Assembly: GCA_934486455.1 (NCBI GenBank)
Contig: CAKSPR010000004.1
Location: 2,283 to 66,282, forward strand
Length of the DNA: 64,000 nucleotides
Direction of reading: 5' to 3'
Source of the DNA: an uncultured Eubacteriales bacterium
GTDB lineage: Bacteria > Bacillota > Clostridia > Oscillospirales > Acutalibacteraceae
Shown here: positions 9,652 through 19,170 of the stretch, piece after piece
Layout of the letters: each line of letters begins with the position of its first letter
How positions within the stretch are numbered: the first letter of the stretch is position 1
Translations under genes and position numbers: made by a program
Notes under the pieces: model-generated
The model's database searches: none
The model's input: the letters and a program-made list of their open reading frames with translations, nothing else
What the model was told of the DNA's origin: nothing

Positions 9652-11643
9652 ATGAAAATTACAGATCATAAAACCACCGCCGCCGATATGGCCGCTCTTT
9701 ACGGCAATCTGACCTATAAGGGAATTTACGACATTCCATTAAGCTTTTGCTACGGCGGCAAAAATTACCGCGGATTTTCCGAGGACATGAATCCCGAGGA
9801 AAGCTTTCGCAGAATCGATTCAAACCTTACTTTAACCTGTGTTACCGCCCGCCTCGACGGGCTTGAGATACGGGTGGAATACAAAGAATATAAGGACTTC
9901 CCCGTGACCGAATGGGTGGCCTATTTCGAAAACATATCGGGTGAAAATTCAAAGATCCTTTCGAATATACGCATTGCAAGCGGAGTCCTTTGCGGCAACG
10001 ACCTTTCGCTGACCTATTCAAACGGCGACGACCTGAGTGTTCAGGGATACAGCTTTTTTGAGCATGACCTTTCGGAAAAATTCGAGCTTTGCCCCAACGC
10101 AAGCGGCACCCCCTGCGCCGGTGCGGCTCCCTACATGAGACTGCACGGCAGGGAGGGCGGATATAACATTGCCGTCGGCTGGAGCGGTCGGTGGACGGCC
10201 GATTTTGAAAAAACCGATGACGGCGTTAATGTTGCCTTCGGTCAAAAAAGATGCAACCTGTATTTAAAGCCGGGCGAAATCTTCCGCACCCCAAGGGTAA
10301 ACATCGAAAGCTATGTCGGAGATGAGCATCACGCCCGCAATATGTGGAGAAGATTTTATATGAAACACATTCTCCCGAAGGACCGCGACGGCAGCGTGCT
10401 TCATCCGAAGCTCTGCCTCCACCTTTTCGGCGAGGGCGGCAAGCCTGAATTTTCCGGTGCAACCGAGCAGGGACAGCTCAAGGCTCTGCACACCTATCTC
10501 GAAAAGGGTCTTAAACCAGATATATGGTGGCTTGACGCGGGATGGTATCCTTGCGACTATCACTGGGATCACACGGGCACATGGGAGGCAAATCCCGTCA
10601 ACTGGCCGAACGGCATCGAGGTGCTGGGAGAAGAATGCGAAAAGCAGGGCATCGATTTTCTGCTGTGGTTTGAGCCGGAAAGGGTCAGGGCAGGCTCGTG
10701 GCTTGACGAGCATCATCCCGAATGGCTTCTTAAAAACGGCAATCCCGACGATGCGAACCGCCTGCTCGACTATTCGAATAAAGAGGCTCTCAACTGGCTC
10801 ATCAACCACATCGACGGCCTTATAAAAAAATTCAAGGTAAAGATATACCGCCAGGATTTCAACTTCGATCCCATGCCCTGCTGGGAAAACAACGAAACCG
10901 AGGATCGGCTGGGGGCACTTGAAAACTTCCATATTCAAGGATATTATCACTACTGGGACGAGCTTATCAACCGCAACCCCGGTCTTTGGATGGATTCCTG
11001 CGCCTCGGGCGGGAGGAGAAACGACCCCGAGACCATGCGCCGCGGCGTACCCCTTCATTATACCGATGTGGGCTACGGCGAACACGCCATAAAGCAAAAG
11101 CAGCACCGCTATATGTTTGAATGGATTCCCTATTTCCGCGCCCACAACCGCAGCTGGGATGTTAACGGCGAGATGGTGTGGTTTTCGGACGATCCCTTCT
11201 GTAATTTCCATGTGAACGATTTCTGCTATCAGCTTGCCTGCGCCCCCGCCCTCACCGATATAATCGTATACGACGCCGACGACAAGAGCTTTGAAATTGC
11301 AAGAAGAAATCATCCCATATGGCGCAGAGCGGCAAAGTTTATGACAAAATCCGACTACTATCCCCTTACCGAGCCCCGCTTTAACCTTGAAGATTTTTAT
11401 GCCATGGAATTTTACGAGCCCAAAACCAAGAGCGGATTTTTCCAGGTGGTTTCAAATATCAAGGTCAAAGAGCCCTCATTTACGGCCGGGCTGACCCTCG
11501 ATGACAGCATAGACTATAAGGTGGAAAATTCGGCCACGGGAGAAGCCCGCATTATAAGCGGAAAGCAACTGTCAGAAGGACTTGAAGTTGCCCTTTCTCC
11601 CCGCACGGGAATAATTTTCTTTTTTGAGCCTGCGGAAAAATAA
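9652..11643 (+). CDS. GH36-like glycoside hydrolase, paralog B. By eye it is about 60% identical to paralog A.
   Basis: It carries the same motif set as paralog A (WWLDAGWY, LLWFEPERV, IYRQDFNFD, DSCASGGRRNDPE). RBS AAGGAG lies 6 nt upstream of the ATG at 9652. The ORF track's 41-codon upstream extension has no RBS and overlaps the terminators. Confidence 0.65.
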   Translation: MKITDHKTTAADMAALYGNLTYKGIYDIPLSFCYGGKNYRGFSEDMNPEESFRRIDSNLTLTCVTARLDGLEIRVEYKEYKDFPVTEWVAYFENISGENSKILSNIRIASGVLCGNDLSLTYSNGDDLSVQGYSFFEHDLSEKFELCPNASGTPCAGAAPYMRLHGREGGYNIAVGWSGRWTADFEKTDDGVNVAFGQKRCNLYLKPGEIFRTPRVNIESYVGDEHHARNMWRRFYMKHILPKDRDGSVLHPKLCLHLFGEGGKPEFSGATEQGQLKALHTYLEKGLKPDIWWLDAGWYPCDYHWDHTGTWEANPVNWPNGIEVLGEECEKQGIDFLLWFEPERVRAGSWLDEHHPEWLLKNGNPDDANRLLDYSNKEALNWLINHIDGLIKKFKVKIYRQDFNFDPMPCWENNETEDRLGALENFHIQGYYHYWDELINRNPGLWMDSCASGGRRNDPETMRRGVPLHYTDVGYGEHAIKQKQHRYMFEWIPYFRAHNRSWDVNGEMVWFSDDPFCNFHVNDFCYQLACAPALTDIIVYDADDKSFEIARRNHPIWRRAAKFMTKSDYYPLTEPRFNLEDFYAMEFYEPKTKSGFFQVVSNIKVKEPSFTAGLTLDDSIDYKVENSATGEARIISGKQLSEGLEVALSPRTGIIFFFEPAEK

Positions 11644-11650
11644 AAAACTC

Positions 11651-11679
11651 TTGACAAAAAGGGACAGAGATTATATAAT
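11651..11679 (+). promoter_or_regulatory. Consensus sigma-A promoter for yceD-rpmF: TTGACA, 17-nt spacer, TATAAT
   Basis: The sequence is ttgacaaaaagggacagagattatataat. Confidence 0.65.
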
Positions 11680-11750
11680 AACCTTTGCCTATTCGGTGAA
11701 ATCGGGCTTTTTGAGCTACGATTTTGAAAAACGCGAAGGGAGAAAATGCG

Positions 11751-12242
11751 ATGCTTCTTAATCTTTCCGGTGTTTTTGCCGGGAGCGAGTCTCTACCATT
11801 CGAGTACGAAATGGATCTGTCGGATCTTGAGTTCTCGGGATACTCGTCCTTAAAAAAGCCGGTTAAGATAAAGGGTGCGGCTAAAAACCGTGCCGGCGTC
11901 GTGTTTATCGAGCTTGTCGCCGAATATACAATCTCTGCCCCCTGTGACCGCTGTGCCGCCGACATCGAGCGCAAGGAATCGCTCCCACTCACCTATGTCG
12001 TGGTTCAGGAAACAGAGGGAGAGGATACCGAGGATTTTGTTGTTGCCGAGGATCAAAAGGTCGATCTCGACCCCCTTGTAAGGGACGATATCGTCATTCG
12101 GTACCCTTCAAAGCTGCTTTGCAGTCCCGATTGCAAAGGCCTTTGCCCAAATTGCGGTAAAAACCTTAACGAAGAGGATTGCGATTGCAAAAAGGAACAG
12201 ACCGATCCGAGACTCGACGCTCTCAAAGCCTTTTTTGATTAA
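11751..12242 (+). CDS. yceD: YceD/DUF177 family protein, the large ribosomal subunit accumulation factor usually found upstream of rpmF
   Basis: A C-terminal CxxC...CxxC motif and the position directly upstream of rpmF. RBS GAAGGGAG precedes the ATG at 11751. Confidence 0.75.
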   Translation: MLLNLSGVFAGSESLPFEYEMDLSDLEFSGYSSLKKPVKIKGAAKNRAGVVFIELVAEYTISAPCDRCAADIERKESLPLTYVVVQETEGEDTEDFVVAEDQKVDLDPLVRDDIVIRYPSKLLCSPDCKGLCPNCGKNLNEEDCDCKKEQTDPRLDALKAFFD

Positions 12243-12280
12243 GTTTTAAAAGATTATTTTTATAAAGGGAGGTGCCGGAA

Positions 12281-12460
12281 ATGGCAGTGCCGGCAAGAAG
12301 AATTTCCAAAACAAGACGCGACAAGAGACGCTCCAATGTATGGAAGCTTGACGCTCCTACTCTCGTAAAGTGCCCTCAGTGCGGCGAATACAAGCGTCCT
12401 CACAGAGTATGCCTTTCCTGCGGTCAGTACAACGGCCGTCAGGTTCTCAAGAACGACTGA
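12281..12460 (+). CDS. rpmF: 50S ribosomal protein L32
   Basis: [23 protein letters not shown]...[29 protein letters not shown] precedes the ATG at 12281. Confidence 0.9.
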   Translation: MAVPARRISKTRRDKRRSNVWKLDAPTLVKCPQCGEYKRPHRVCLSCGQYNGRQVLKND

Positions 12461-12588
12461 TTGCGTCTGAAGAAAAATGCAGTTGTGCGGGTGTATTTTA
12501 TACGATACGCCCGTTTTGCTGTACAAAAATTCGGGTCGGTGTCCGTTGCCGAAACTGTCGGCCGACGGCTCTGCCCTATTAAGTAAAA

Positions 12589-12630
12589 GCGGTTTTCGGC
12601 CGGCAAACCGAAGCCGCCTTTATTCTTTTT
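12589..12630 (+). terminator. Probable intrinsic terminator after rpmF
   Basis: GC-rich imperfect stem gcggttttcgg...ccgaagccgc followed by ctttattcttttt. Confidence 0.5.
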
Positions 12631-12677
12631 ACCTGTGTTATTTTTTGCTTTCAAATATGTTTTAAGGAGGGCCTCCC

Positions 12678-13982
12678 GTGTCGGTTAAAATTTCTTCGGT
12701 GGATAAACACTCCCCCGCCGAAAAATGCGGAATAAGAAGCGGCGATATGCTTCTTTCGATCAACGGAAACGAAATCGAAGATGTACTCGACTTCCGCTTT
12801 TACATGACCGAAAAGCGGCTTAATATCGTGTTCGAGCGGGACGGGCAAACCTTAAAAGCCCTGCTGAAAAAACGCGGCGAATACGACGAAACGGGCATGG
12901 AATTCGACACCTATCTGATGGACAAGCAGCATTCCTGCAAAAACAAGTGCATTTTCTGTTTTATCGACCAGTTACCCAAGGGACTTCGTCCGTCGCTATA
13001 TTTTAAGGACGACGATTCCCGCCTTTCCTTTCTTTTCGGAAACTATATCACCCTAACCAATCTCACCGAGCACGAGATCGAGCGGGTCATTAAAATGCAT
13101 ATAAGCCCCGTTAACATCTCGGTACACACCACCAATCCCGAGCTTCGGTGCAAAATGATGAAAAACCGCTTTGCGGGGAAGGCGCTGTCGGCGCTCTATC
13201 GGTTTGCAGAGGCGGGAATAAAGCTCAATACCCAGCTTGTGCTTTGCCCGGGATATAATGACGGCAAGGAGCTTGAAAAGACCCTTGAGGATTTAGGAGC
13301 GCTGTACCCTGCCGTTCAAAGCATCTGTGCCGTGCCGGTGGGACTGACAAAATACCGTGAGGGGCTTGAGCCTCTCGAGCCTTTCAACAAAGAAACGGCG
13401 GGAGCCGTTGTCGACACAATGGAGCGGTTCGGCGATGAATTTCTTAAAAAGCACGGCACGCGGCTGTGCTTCCCCTCCGACGAGTTTTATCTCACCTCCG
13501 GGCGGGAAATTCCCGACAGCTCTTTTTACGAGGATTTTTTGCAGATTGAAAACGGGGTCGGAATGTGGGCGTCGCTGCGGGACGACTATCTCGCCGCCCT
13601 TGAGGACGCCGAGGCCGACGGCAAAAAACGCAGCTTTTCAATTGCCACCGCCTCTCTGGCCGCGCCGCTTATGGAATTTCTGATGAAAAAAACCGCCGAG
13701 AAATTCCCGGGGCTTGATTATAAAATATATACCATCCGAAACGACTTTTTCGGCGAAAAGATAACCGTTGCAGGTCTGCTGACGGGGCAGGATATTATAA
13801 GTCAGCTTAAAGGGCAGGATCTGAAGGGAAGGCTTCTTCTCCCTCCCGGTGTGCTTCGAAGCGAGGGGGATCTTTTCCTCGACGACACCCATATCAACGA
13901 TCTTCAAAAGGCGGTGGGCGTTCCCGCCGATTGCGTCCCCGGTGACGGATATGAGCTTTGCGATTTTATTTTGTCGCTGTAG
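12678..13982 (+). CDS. PDZ-domain radical SAM protein, DUF512 family
   Basis: An N-terminal PDZ-like segment (GIRSGDMLLSINGNEI) and a CxxxCxxC motif (CKNKCIFC). GTG start with RBS AAGGAGG 7 nt upstream. Confidence 0.65.
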   Translation: MSVKISSVDKHSPAEKCGIRSGDMLLSINGNEIEDVLDFRFYMTEKRLNIVFERDGQTLKALLKKRGEYDETGMEFDTYLMDKQHSCKNKCIFCFIDQLPKGLRPSLYFKDDDSRLSFLFGNYITLTNLTEHEIERVIKMHISPVNISVHTTNPELRCKMMKNRFAGKALSALYRFAEAGIKLNTQLVLCPGYNDGKELEKTLEDLGALYPAVQSICAVPVGLTKYREGLEPLEPFNKETAGAVVDTMERFGDEFLKKHGTRLCFPSDEFYLTSGREIPDSSFYEDFLQIENGVGMWASLRDDYLAALEDAEADGKKRSFSIATASLAAPLMEFLMKKTAEKFPGLDYKIYTIRNDFFGEKITVAGLLTGQDIISQLKGQDLKGRLLLPPGVLRSEGDLFLDDTHINDLQKAVGVPADCVPGDGYELCDFILSL

Positions 13983-14063
13983 CCGCTTCATTGGGTAAGA
14001 GGTATTTACCCTTAAAACACCTTTCCCCGCCCGATATATCAAAAGCACTGTAAAAAGCAAGGG

Positions 14064-14095
14064 CCTCGGTTCAAAAATGAACCGAGGTCTTTTTA
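14064..14095. terminator. Bidirectional intrinsic terminator shared by the DUF512 gene (plus strand) and galE (minus strand)
   Basis: Perfect 10-bp stem cctcggttca-aaaa-tgaaccgagg with T/A runs on both sides. Confidence 0.75.
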
Positions 14096-14118
14096 TAGGT
14101 TATAAATCTCTGCGGGTT

Positions 14119-15135
14119 TTAGTCGTCAAAACCGTTGGGATTGTTTTTCTGCCAGTTCCAGCTGTCCCTGCACATCTGCTCGATGTCCCTTTTGGCCTCC
14201 CAGCCGAAAAGCGCCTTGGCCTTTGAAGCGTCGGCATAAACCTCATCGGGGTCGCCCGGTCGGCGGGGATCTATAACATAGGGAATTTCCACTCCCGAGG
14301 CCTTTTCGAAGGCGGCGCGAAGCTCAAGCACGCTGACGCCTCTGCCGGTCCCGAGATTATATTCTCCGCAGCCCTCGTGGGTCAGCAGATAATCGAGAGC
14401 CTTGGCATGACCCTCGGCCAGATCCATAACATGAATATAGTCGCGCACGCCGGTCCCGTCAACCGTGTTGTAGTCGTTGCCGAAAACATGAAGCTTTTCA
14501 AGCTTGCCTACCGCCACCTGAGTTATGTAGGGCATGAGATTGTTGGGAATCCCCTTGGGATTTTCGCCGATGGTCCCGCCCTCGTGGGCGCCGATGGGAT
14601 TGAAATAGCGAAGCAGAGCCAGCGACCAGGTATTATCGGCCTTATAAAGGTCCCGAAGGATTTCTTCGATAAAAAGCTTTGTGCGACCGTAGGGGTTTAT
14701 GGCGCTTATGGGCATGCCCTCTTTAAGGGGCATTTCCTTACTCAGACCGTAAACAGTGGCAGAGGAGCTAAAGACCAACTTTTTGACTCCGTGATCCCGC
14801 ATTGTTTCGAGAAGCACAAGGGTGTTTATAAGGTTGTTATCGTAATATTCAAGAGGCTTTGCCACCGATTCGCCCACCGCTTTAAGCCCTGCAAAATGGA
14901 TGACGGCGTCTATTTTGTTCTCCTCGAATATTCTGTTCATGGCTTGGCGGTCGCGGACATCCTCTTTATAGAACTTTATAGGCTTGCCGGTTATTTTTTC
15001 AACTCGGGGGAGGGATTTTTCGCTGGAATTGTCCAGATTGTCCACCACGATAACATCATAACCCGACTGCTGTAATGCAATGCAGGTGTGACTGCCTATG
15101 TAGCCGGCGCCGCCGGTAATAAGAATTGTTGCCAT
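14119..15135 (-). CDS. galE: UDP-glucose 4-epimerase
   Basis: ILITGGAGYIGSH Rossmann motif and the catalytic Y-x3-K motif (YGRTK). RBS AGGAGG precedes the start. Confidence 0.9.
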   Translation of the reverse strand: MATILITGGAGYIGSHTCIALQQSGYDVIVVDNLDNSSEKSLPRVEKITGKPIKFYKEDVRDRQAMNRIFEENKIDAVIHFAGLKAVGESVAKPLEYYDNNLINTLVLLETMRDHGVKKLVFSSSATVYGLSKEMPLKEGMPISAINPYGRTKLFIEEILRDLYKADNTWSLALLRYFNPIGAHEGGTIGENPKGIPNNLMPYITQVAVGKLEKLHVFGNDYNTVDGTGVRDYIHVMDLAEGHAKALDYLLTHEGCGEYNLGTGRGVSVLELRAAFEKASGVEIPYVIDPRRPGDPDEVYADASKAKALFGWEAKRDIEQMCRDSWNWQKNNPNGFDD

Positions 15136-15147
15136 AATTTTTTCCTC

Positions 15148-16551
15148 CTATCTTTCGGACGAATAAAGAGCCTCAACGGCCTTAAAGGTCATATAAAGGT
15201 CAAGCTTGGATATAACTTCAAAGGGAGCGTGCATGGAAAGCACCGGAACGCCGAGATCGATGACATCGACATTAAGCTCGGCCACATATTTCGCAACCGT
15301 TCCGCCGCCGCCGAAATCGACCTTGCCAAGCTCGCCGGTCTGCCATACCACATTCTTTTCGTCCATAATGCGGGATATTTCTCCCACAAATTCCGCTCCT
15401 GCGTCGGAGGTGGAGGACTTTCCCCCGGCGCCCGTGTATTTGGTAAGCACGGCACCGTAGTTTATAAAGCTTGCATTGCTGCGCTCGAAGGGCTCGGCAA
15501 AGGTGGGGTCAAAGGCGGCGTTGACATCGGCCGACAGGCAACGGCTGTTTGACAGCACCCATCTGCCCTTGCTGCCCATGTTTTCGGCAATATCCTCGAT
15601 GAAATATTTCATATAGGCCGAATGAAGACCCGTATTTCCGTCGGAGCCGATCTCTTCCTTGTCGGTGAGCACGGCTATGGCGGTTCTCTTAGGAGCCTTG
15701 CAGCCGATTATAGCCTCAAGAGTGGGATAGGCGCAGCAGCGGTCGTCGTGGCCGTATGCCCCGATAAGCGAGCGGTCAAAGCCGATGTCGGTGGGCTTTG
15801 CGGCGGGAACGGCTTCAAGCTCGGCGGTGACAAAATCCCTGTCGGTTATGCCGTATTTCTCATTTAAAATGTTGATTATATTAAGTTTGACCCTCTCCGA
15901 CTCGGGATCGCCGTTAAAGGGACGGCTTCCGAGAAGAATGTTAAGCTCCTCGCCCTTTATTCCTTCCGAAAGAGGGCGTTTAGACTGCTCCCTTCCGAGA
16001 TGGGGAAGCAGGTCGGTAACCACAAACTGCGGATCGCCCTCGTTTTCGCCGATGTTGATTTCAACCTTCTCACCGTCGGCGCGGACGATGACTCCGTGGA
16101 GCGACAGGGGCACGGTCGACCACTGGTATTTCTTTATTCCGCCGTAATAGTGGGTTTTAAAAAGGGCAAGCTCACTGTCCTCATAAAGGGGATGCTGTTT
16201 TAAATCGAGGCGCGGAGAATCGATGTGTGCAGCGGCAATGTCCACACCCTTTTCTATGTCTTCGCTGCCGATAACGGCCGCCATAACAGCCTTTCCGCGG
16301 TTGTTGACATACACCCTGTCCCCTGCTTTAAGGGGCTTTTTGGGATCGAATTTTTCAAATCCCGCCGATACAAGAGCCTTTTCGGCGAAGGAAACAACCT
16401 CCCGCTCGGTTTTGCACCTGGTCATAAAATCCATATATCCCTCGGCGAAATCATATATCGCCTTATGATCGTTTTCGCATACTCTGTCCCAGCCGTTTTT
16501 CGCGGCGGGCATAAGCTCTTCTTTTTTTTGTGCTGCTTTGGTTTTTTCCAT
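15148..16551 (-). CDS. M18-family aminopeptidase (aminopeptidase I / aspartyl aminopeptidase-like)
   Basis: Length and overall pattern match the M18 family, for example the HIDSPRLDLKQ motif. RBS AAAGGTGA precedes the MEKTK start at 16551. Confidence 0.75.
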   Translation of the reverse strand: MEKTKAAQKKEELMPAAKNGWDRVCENDHKAIYDFAEGYMDFMTRCKTEREVVSFAEKALVSAGFEKFDPKKPLKAGDRVYVNNRGKAVMAAVIGSEDIEKGVDIAAAHIDSPRLDLKQHPLYEDSELALFKTHYYGGIKKYQWSTVPLSLHGVIVRADGEKVEINIGENEGDPQFVVTDLLPHLGREQSKRPLSEGIKGEELNILLGSRPFNGDPESERVKLNIINILNEKYGITDRDFVTAELEAVPAAKPTDIGFDRSLIGAYGHDDRCCAYPTLEAIIGCKAPKRTAIAVLTDKEEIGSDGNTGLHSAYMKYFIEDIAENMGSKGRWVLSNSRCLSADVNAAFDPTFAEPFERSNASFINYGAVLTKYTGAGGKSSTSDAGAEFVGEISRIMDEKNVVWQTGELGKVDFGGGGTVAKYVAELNVDVIDLGVPVLSMHAPFEVISKLDLYMTFKAVEALYSSER

Positions 16552-16588
16552 AAAGATCACCTTTCATAAGATCCCTTAATGGGGAGAA

Positions 16589-17224
16589 TTATATAAATTT
16601 CATCCGCTCCTCTGCCGAACGGATGAGAAATAGCATATCAGAATATTTTTCTTTGTATTTTTCGGAAAACTGATGGCTTGAAAGCCGCATCGCATCGGGA
16701 TCGGCGATGGGAGGAAATCCCGCCGTCTGTCCGTTTACGGCGCAGCTTATGCTCACCTCGGCAACCTGCATTGCGGCGTCGGCCATAGCCCTGTATGTGT
16801 GGTGAGAGACCTCAAAAACCGTCGCTTCGCCCTCTCTGCTTTCGCACATAACCCTCAAAATGCGGTATATGGCAAGCATAAGAAAGCTCCAGACCTCCCT
16901 TTCAAACTGTTCGCTGCCGGAATTTTCGATAATGTCGAATATTATTTCAAGAGAATTGGAAAGAGCCTTTTTTTCGGGCAATATTTCCGGCTCGGGCTGT
17001 TTTTCGGGAAGCTCGTTTTTGCCCAGCAGTATGTCGCAGGGCACCTCGTAAAACTCCGACGCCTTTAAAAGGAAATCAAGGCCGCATTCTCTGACCCCTT
17101 TTTCGTAATGGGAAAGGAGCGCCTGGGAAACTCCCAGCTCGGCAGCCGCCTGTTTTTGGGTTATTCCTTTACGGTGTCTCAGTTCGGTTATAGTTTTGGC
17201 AAATTTATTTTTCATATTCTTCAT
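16589..17224 (-). CDS. XRE-family (Cro/C1 HTH) transcriptional regulator with a C-terminal domain of unknown function
   Basis: N-terminal HTH ITQKQAAAELGVSQALLSHYEKG. The start codon is uncertain, either 17224 or 17215. Confidence 0.7.
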   Translation of the reverse strand: MKNMKNKFAKTITELRHRKGITQKQAAAELGVSQALLSHYEKGVRECGLDFLLKASEFYEVPCDILLGKNELPEKQPEPEILPEKKALSNSLEIIFDIIENSGSEQFEREVWSFLMLAIYRILRVMCESREGEATVFEVSHHTYRAMADAAMQVAEVSISCAVNGQTAGFPPIADPDAMRLSSHQFSEKYKEKYSDMLFLIRSAEERMKFI

Positions 17225-17243
17225 CGCCGCTTCAAAGATTTTT

Positions 17244-17272
17244 CTTGAATTTATACACCCTGTATATTATAA
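17244..17272 (+). promoter_or_regulatory. Sigma-A promoter: TTGAAT, 17-nt spacer, TATAAT
   Basis: The sequence is ttgaatttatacaccctgtatattataat. Confidence 0.6.
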
Positions 17273-17307
17273 TACTCCTAAAGACATTTGTAAAGAGGGA
17301 TATTTCG

Positions 17308-17904
17308 TTGAAAACATATAAAATTCATCTCATCCGCCACGGCCTTGAAAAGCCCGAAGGGGTCATAAGATATGTGGGAAAGACCGATCTCCCGCTCACC
17401 GCAAGGGGAAAGGAACAGATAAAGGCTCTTGACGAGCAGGGAATTTATCCTTATGCACAGCGCCTTTATTCAAGTCCCCTTAAACGCTGCGTAGAAACCC
17501 TTGAAATAATATACCCCGAAAAGGAAATAGCCACCGTCCCCGGGCTTTGCGAATGTGACTTCGGAAAATTTGAAAACAAGACCGCCGAGGAGCTTAAAGG
17601 CGATCCCGCCTTTTCGGACTGGCTGTCGGGAGGATGCCCTCCCGGGGGAGAAAGCACCGACGACTTTGTAAAGCGGTCGGTTGTGGCCTTTGCAAAAACG
17701 GTGGAGGACATTATGAAGGAAGGCGTGACCGACTGCGCCTTTTGCCTCCATGGGGGAAATATAATGGCAATTCTGTCGGTCTGCGGCCTGCCCGAGCTTC
17801 CCTTTAACGAATGGGTATGCGCCCCCGGCCGGGGATATACCCTGAGAATTACCCCCTCAATTTGGATGAGAGGCTACAAGGCGGAAGTGCTCGGGGAGAT
17901 ATGA
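17308..17904 (+). CDS. Histidine phosphatase superfamily protein (phosphoglycerate mutase-like)
   Basis: The RHG catalytic motif (IHLIRHG). TTG start with RBS AAGAGGGA. Confidence 0.7.
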   Translation: MKTYKIHLIRHGLEKPEGVIRYVGKTDLPLTARGKEQIKALDEQGIYPYAQRLYSSPLKRCVETLEIIYPEKEIATVPGLCECDFGKFENKTAEELKGDPAFSDWLSGGCPPGGESTDDFVKRSVVAFAKTVEDIMKEGVTDCAFCLHGGNIMAILSVCGLPELPFNEWVCAPGRGYTLRITPSIWMRGYKAEVLGEI

Positions 17905-17956
17905 CCGATAAAACATTATTAATATGTAATAATAAAACCACACAGCAAAAGGGCGC

Positions 17957-17987
17957 GGCAGATTTAACCTGTCGCGTCCTTTGTTTA
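17957..17987 (-). terminator. Imperfect GC-rich hairpin with a U-run, a candidate terminator for spoVAD
   Basis: On the minus strand: ggacgcgacagg...ctgccgcgccc followed by ttttgc. Confidence 0.35.
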
Positions 17988-18078
17988 TTCGGCGGCAACG
18001 GCCGTCGGTTATTTTTTTATAAACAGTGAACATTTTTTTAAGCCGTGCGGCGGTCGGACATTTTTCGTTTATAAAACA

Positions 18079-19089
18079 TCATTTTACCGAAAGCCAAATC
18101 GCGTGGGCTATGGCGGGAATGGGCTTTTTCTGAAAGACCGTCACGGGAGAATGAAGAGCGCCGGTAGCGCAAAACAGTACATTTTTATATTTTTTCTCCG
18201 AAAGCTCGCGGAGTATTCTCGAGCAAAGCACGCTTGCCGAACAGCCACACCCCGATCCCCCTGCATTGACATCCTGATCCTCAAGATAGAATATATTAAG
18301 CCCGCAGTCGGAATGAACGGCCGAGATGTCGTGACCCTCCTCCTTCATCAAAGTGAGTAACAGCTCGCTTCCCACCCTTCCGAGATCCCCGGTCAGTATT
18401 AAATCAAAATCCTCGGGGCGGCGTTTTGTATCCTCAAAAAATTCGCAAAGGGTCCTTGCCGCCGCAGGGGCCATCGCCGCACCCATGTTGTTAACATCGG
18501 TAACGTTGTAATCGGTTATTCTGCCGAAGGTGGCCGATTTTATTTCGATATTGCCGCAATCCTTGCCCACCATAACCGCTCCCGAGCCGGTCACCGTCCA
18601 CTGGGCAGAGCCGGTGCGCTGGCCGCCGTACTCAAGCGGTAATCTGAACTGCCGCTCCGACGCACAAAAATGGGAAGATGTTACGGCCACGGCGTTTTTT
18701 GCATATCCCGCGTCCACAAAAACGGCCGCAAGACCGAGACTTAAGGCCATTGTCGAACAGGCTCCGTAAACTCCCACATGGGGTATTCCGAAATTTTCAG
18801 CGCCGAAGGTCGATCCGGCACACTGATTTAAAAGATCCCCCGCAAAAAGAATATCCACCTCATCGGCGGGCATATCGGTTTTTTTAAGAAGGGTCTCCAC
18901 CGCCGCTTCAACAAGGCGGCTTTCGGCCTGCTCGAATGTATCCTCTCCGCTGTATTCATCTTCAAATATCACATCAAATTCCTTGCCCAAAGGGCCCTTG
19001 CCCTCGGTCTTTCCCGCCACCGAAGCAAATCCGCGGATCCGCGGGCTGTTTGAAAAAACAATTGTATTTTCCCCGTTTTTATTTAACAT
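18079..19089 (-). CDS. spoVAD: Stage V sporulation protein AD homolog
   Basis: SpoVAD-like sequence with a thiolase-like fold and a conserved CGCSASVLC region. RBS GAGAGG precedes the ATG at 19089. Confidence 0.8.
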   Translation of the reverse strand: MLNKNGENTIVFSNSPRIRGFASVAGKTEGKGPLGKEFDVIFEDEYSGEDTFEQAESRLVEAAVETLLKKTDMPADEVDILFAGDLLNQCAGSTFGAENFGIPHVGVYGACSTMALSLGLAAVFVDAGYAKNAVAVTSSHFCASERQFRLPLEYGGQRTGSAQWTVTGSGAVMVGKDCGNIEIKSATFGRITDYNVTDVNNMGAAMAPAAARTLCEFFEDTKRRPEDFDLILTGDLGRVGSELLLTLMKEEGHDISAVHSDCGLNIFYLEDQDVNAGGSGCGCSASVLCSRILRELSEKKYKNVLFCATGALHSPVTVFQKKPIPAIAHAIWLSVK

Positions 19090-19170
19090 AAAAAACACCT
19101 CTCATCGGTTTTATTTTTCCCGAAGAAAAGTGTTTTTATAATCATTTATATTGTATTTGCATTTTTTAAA

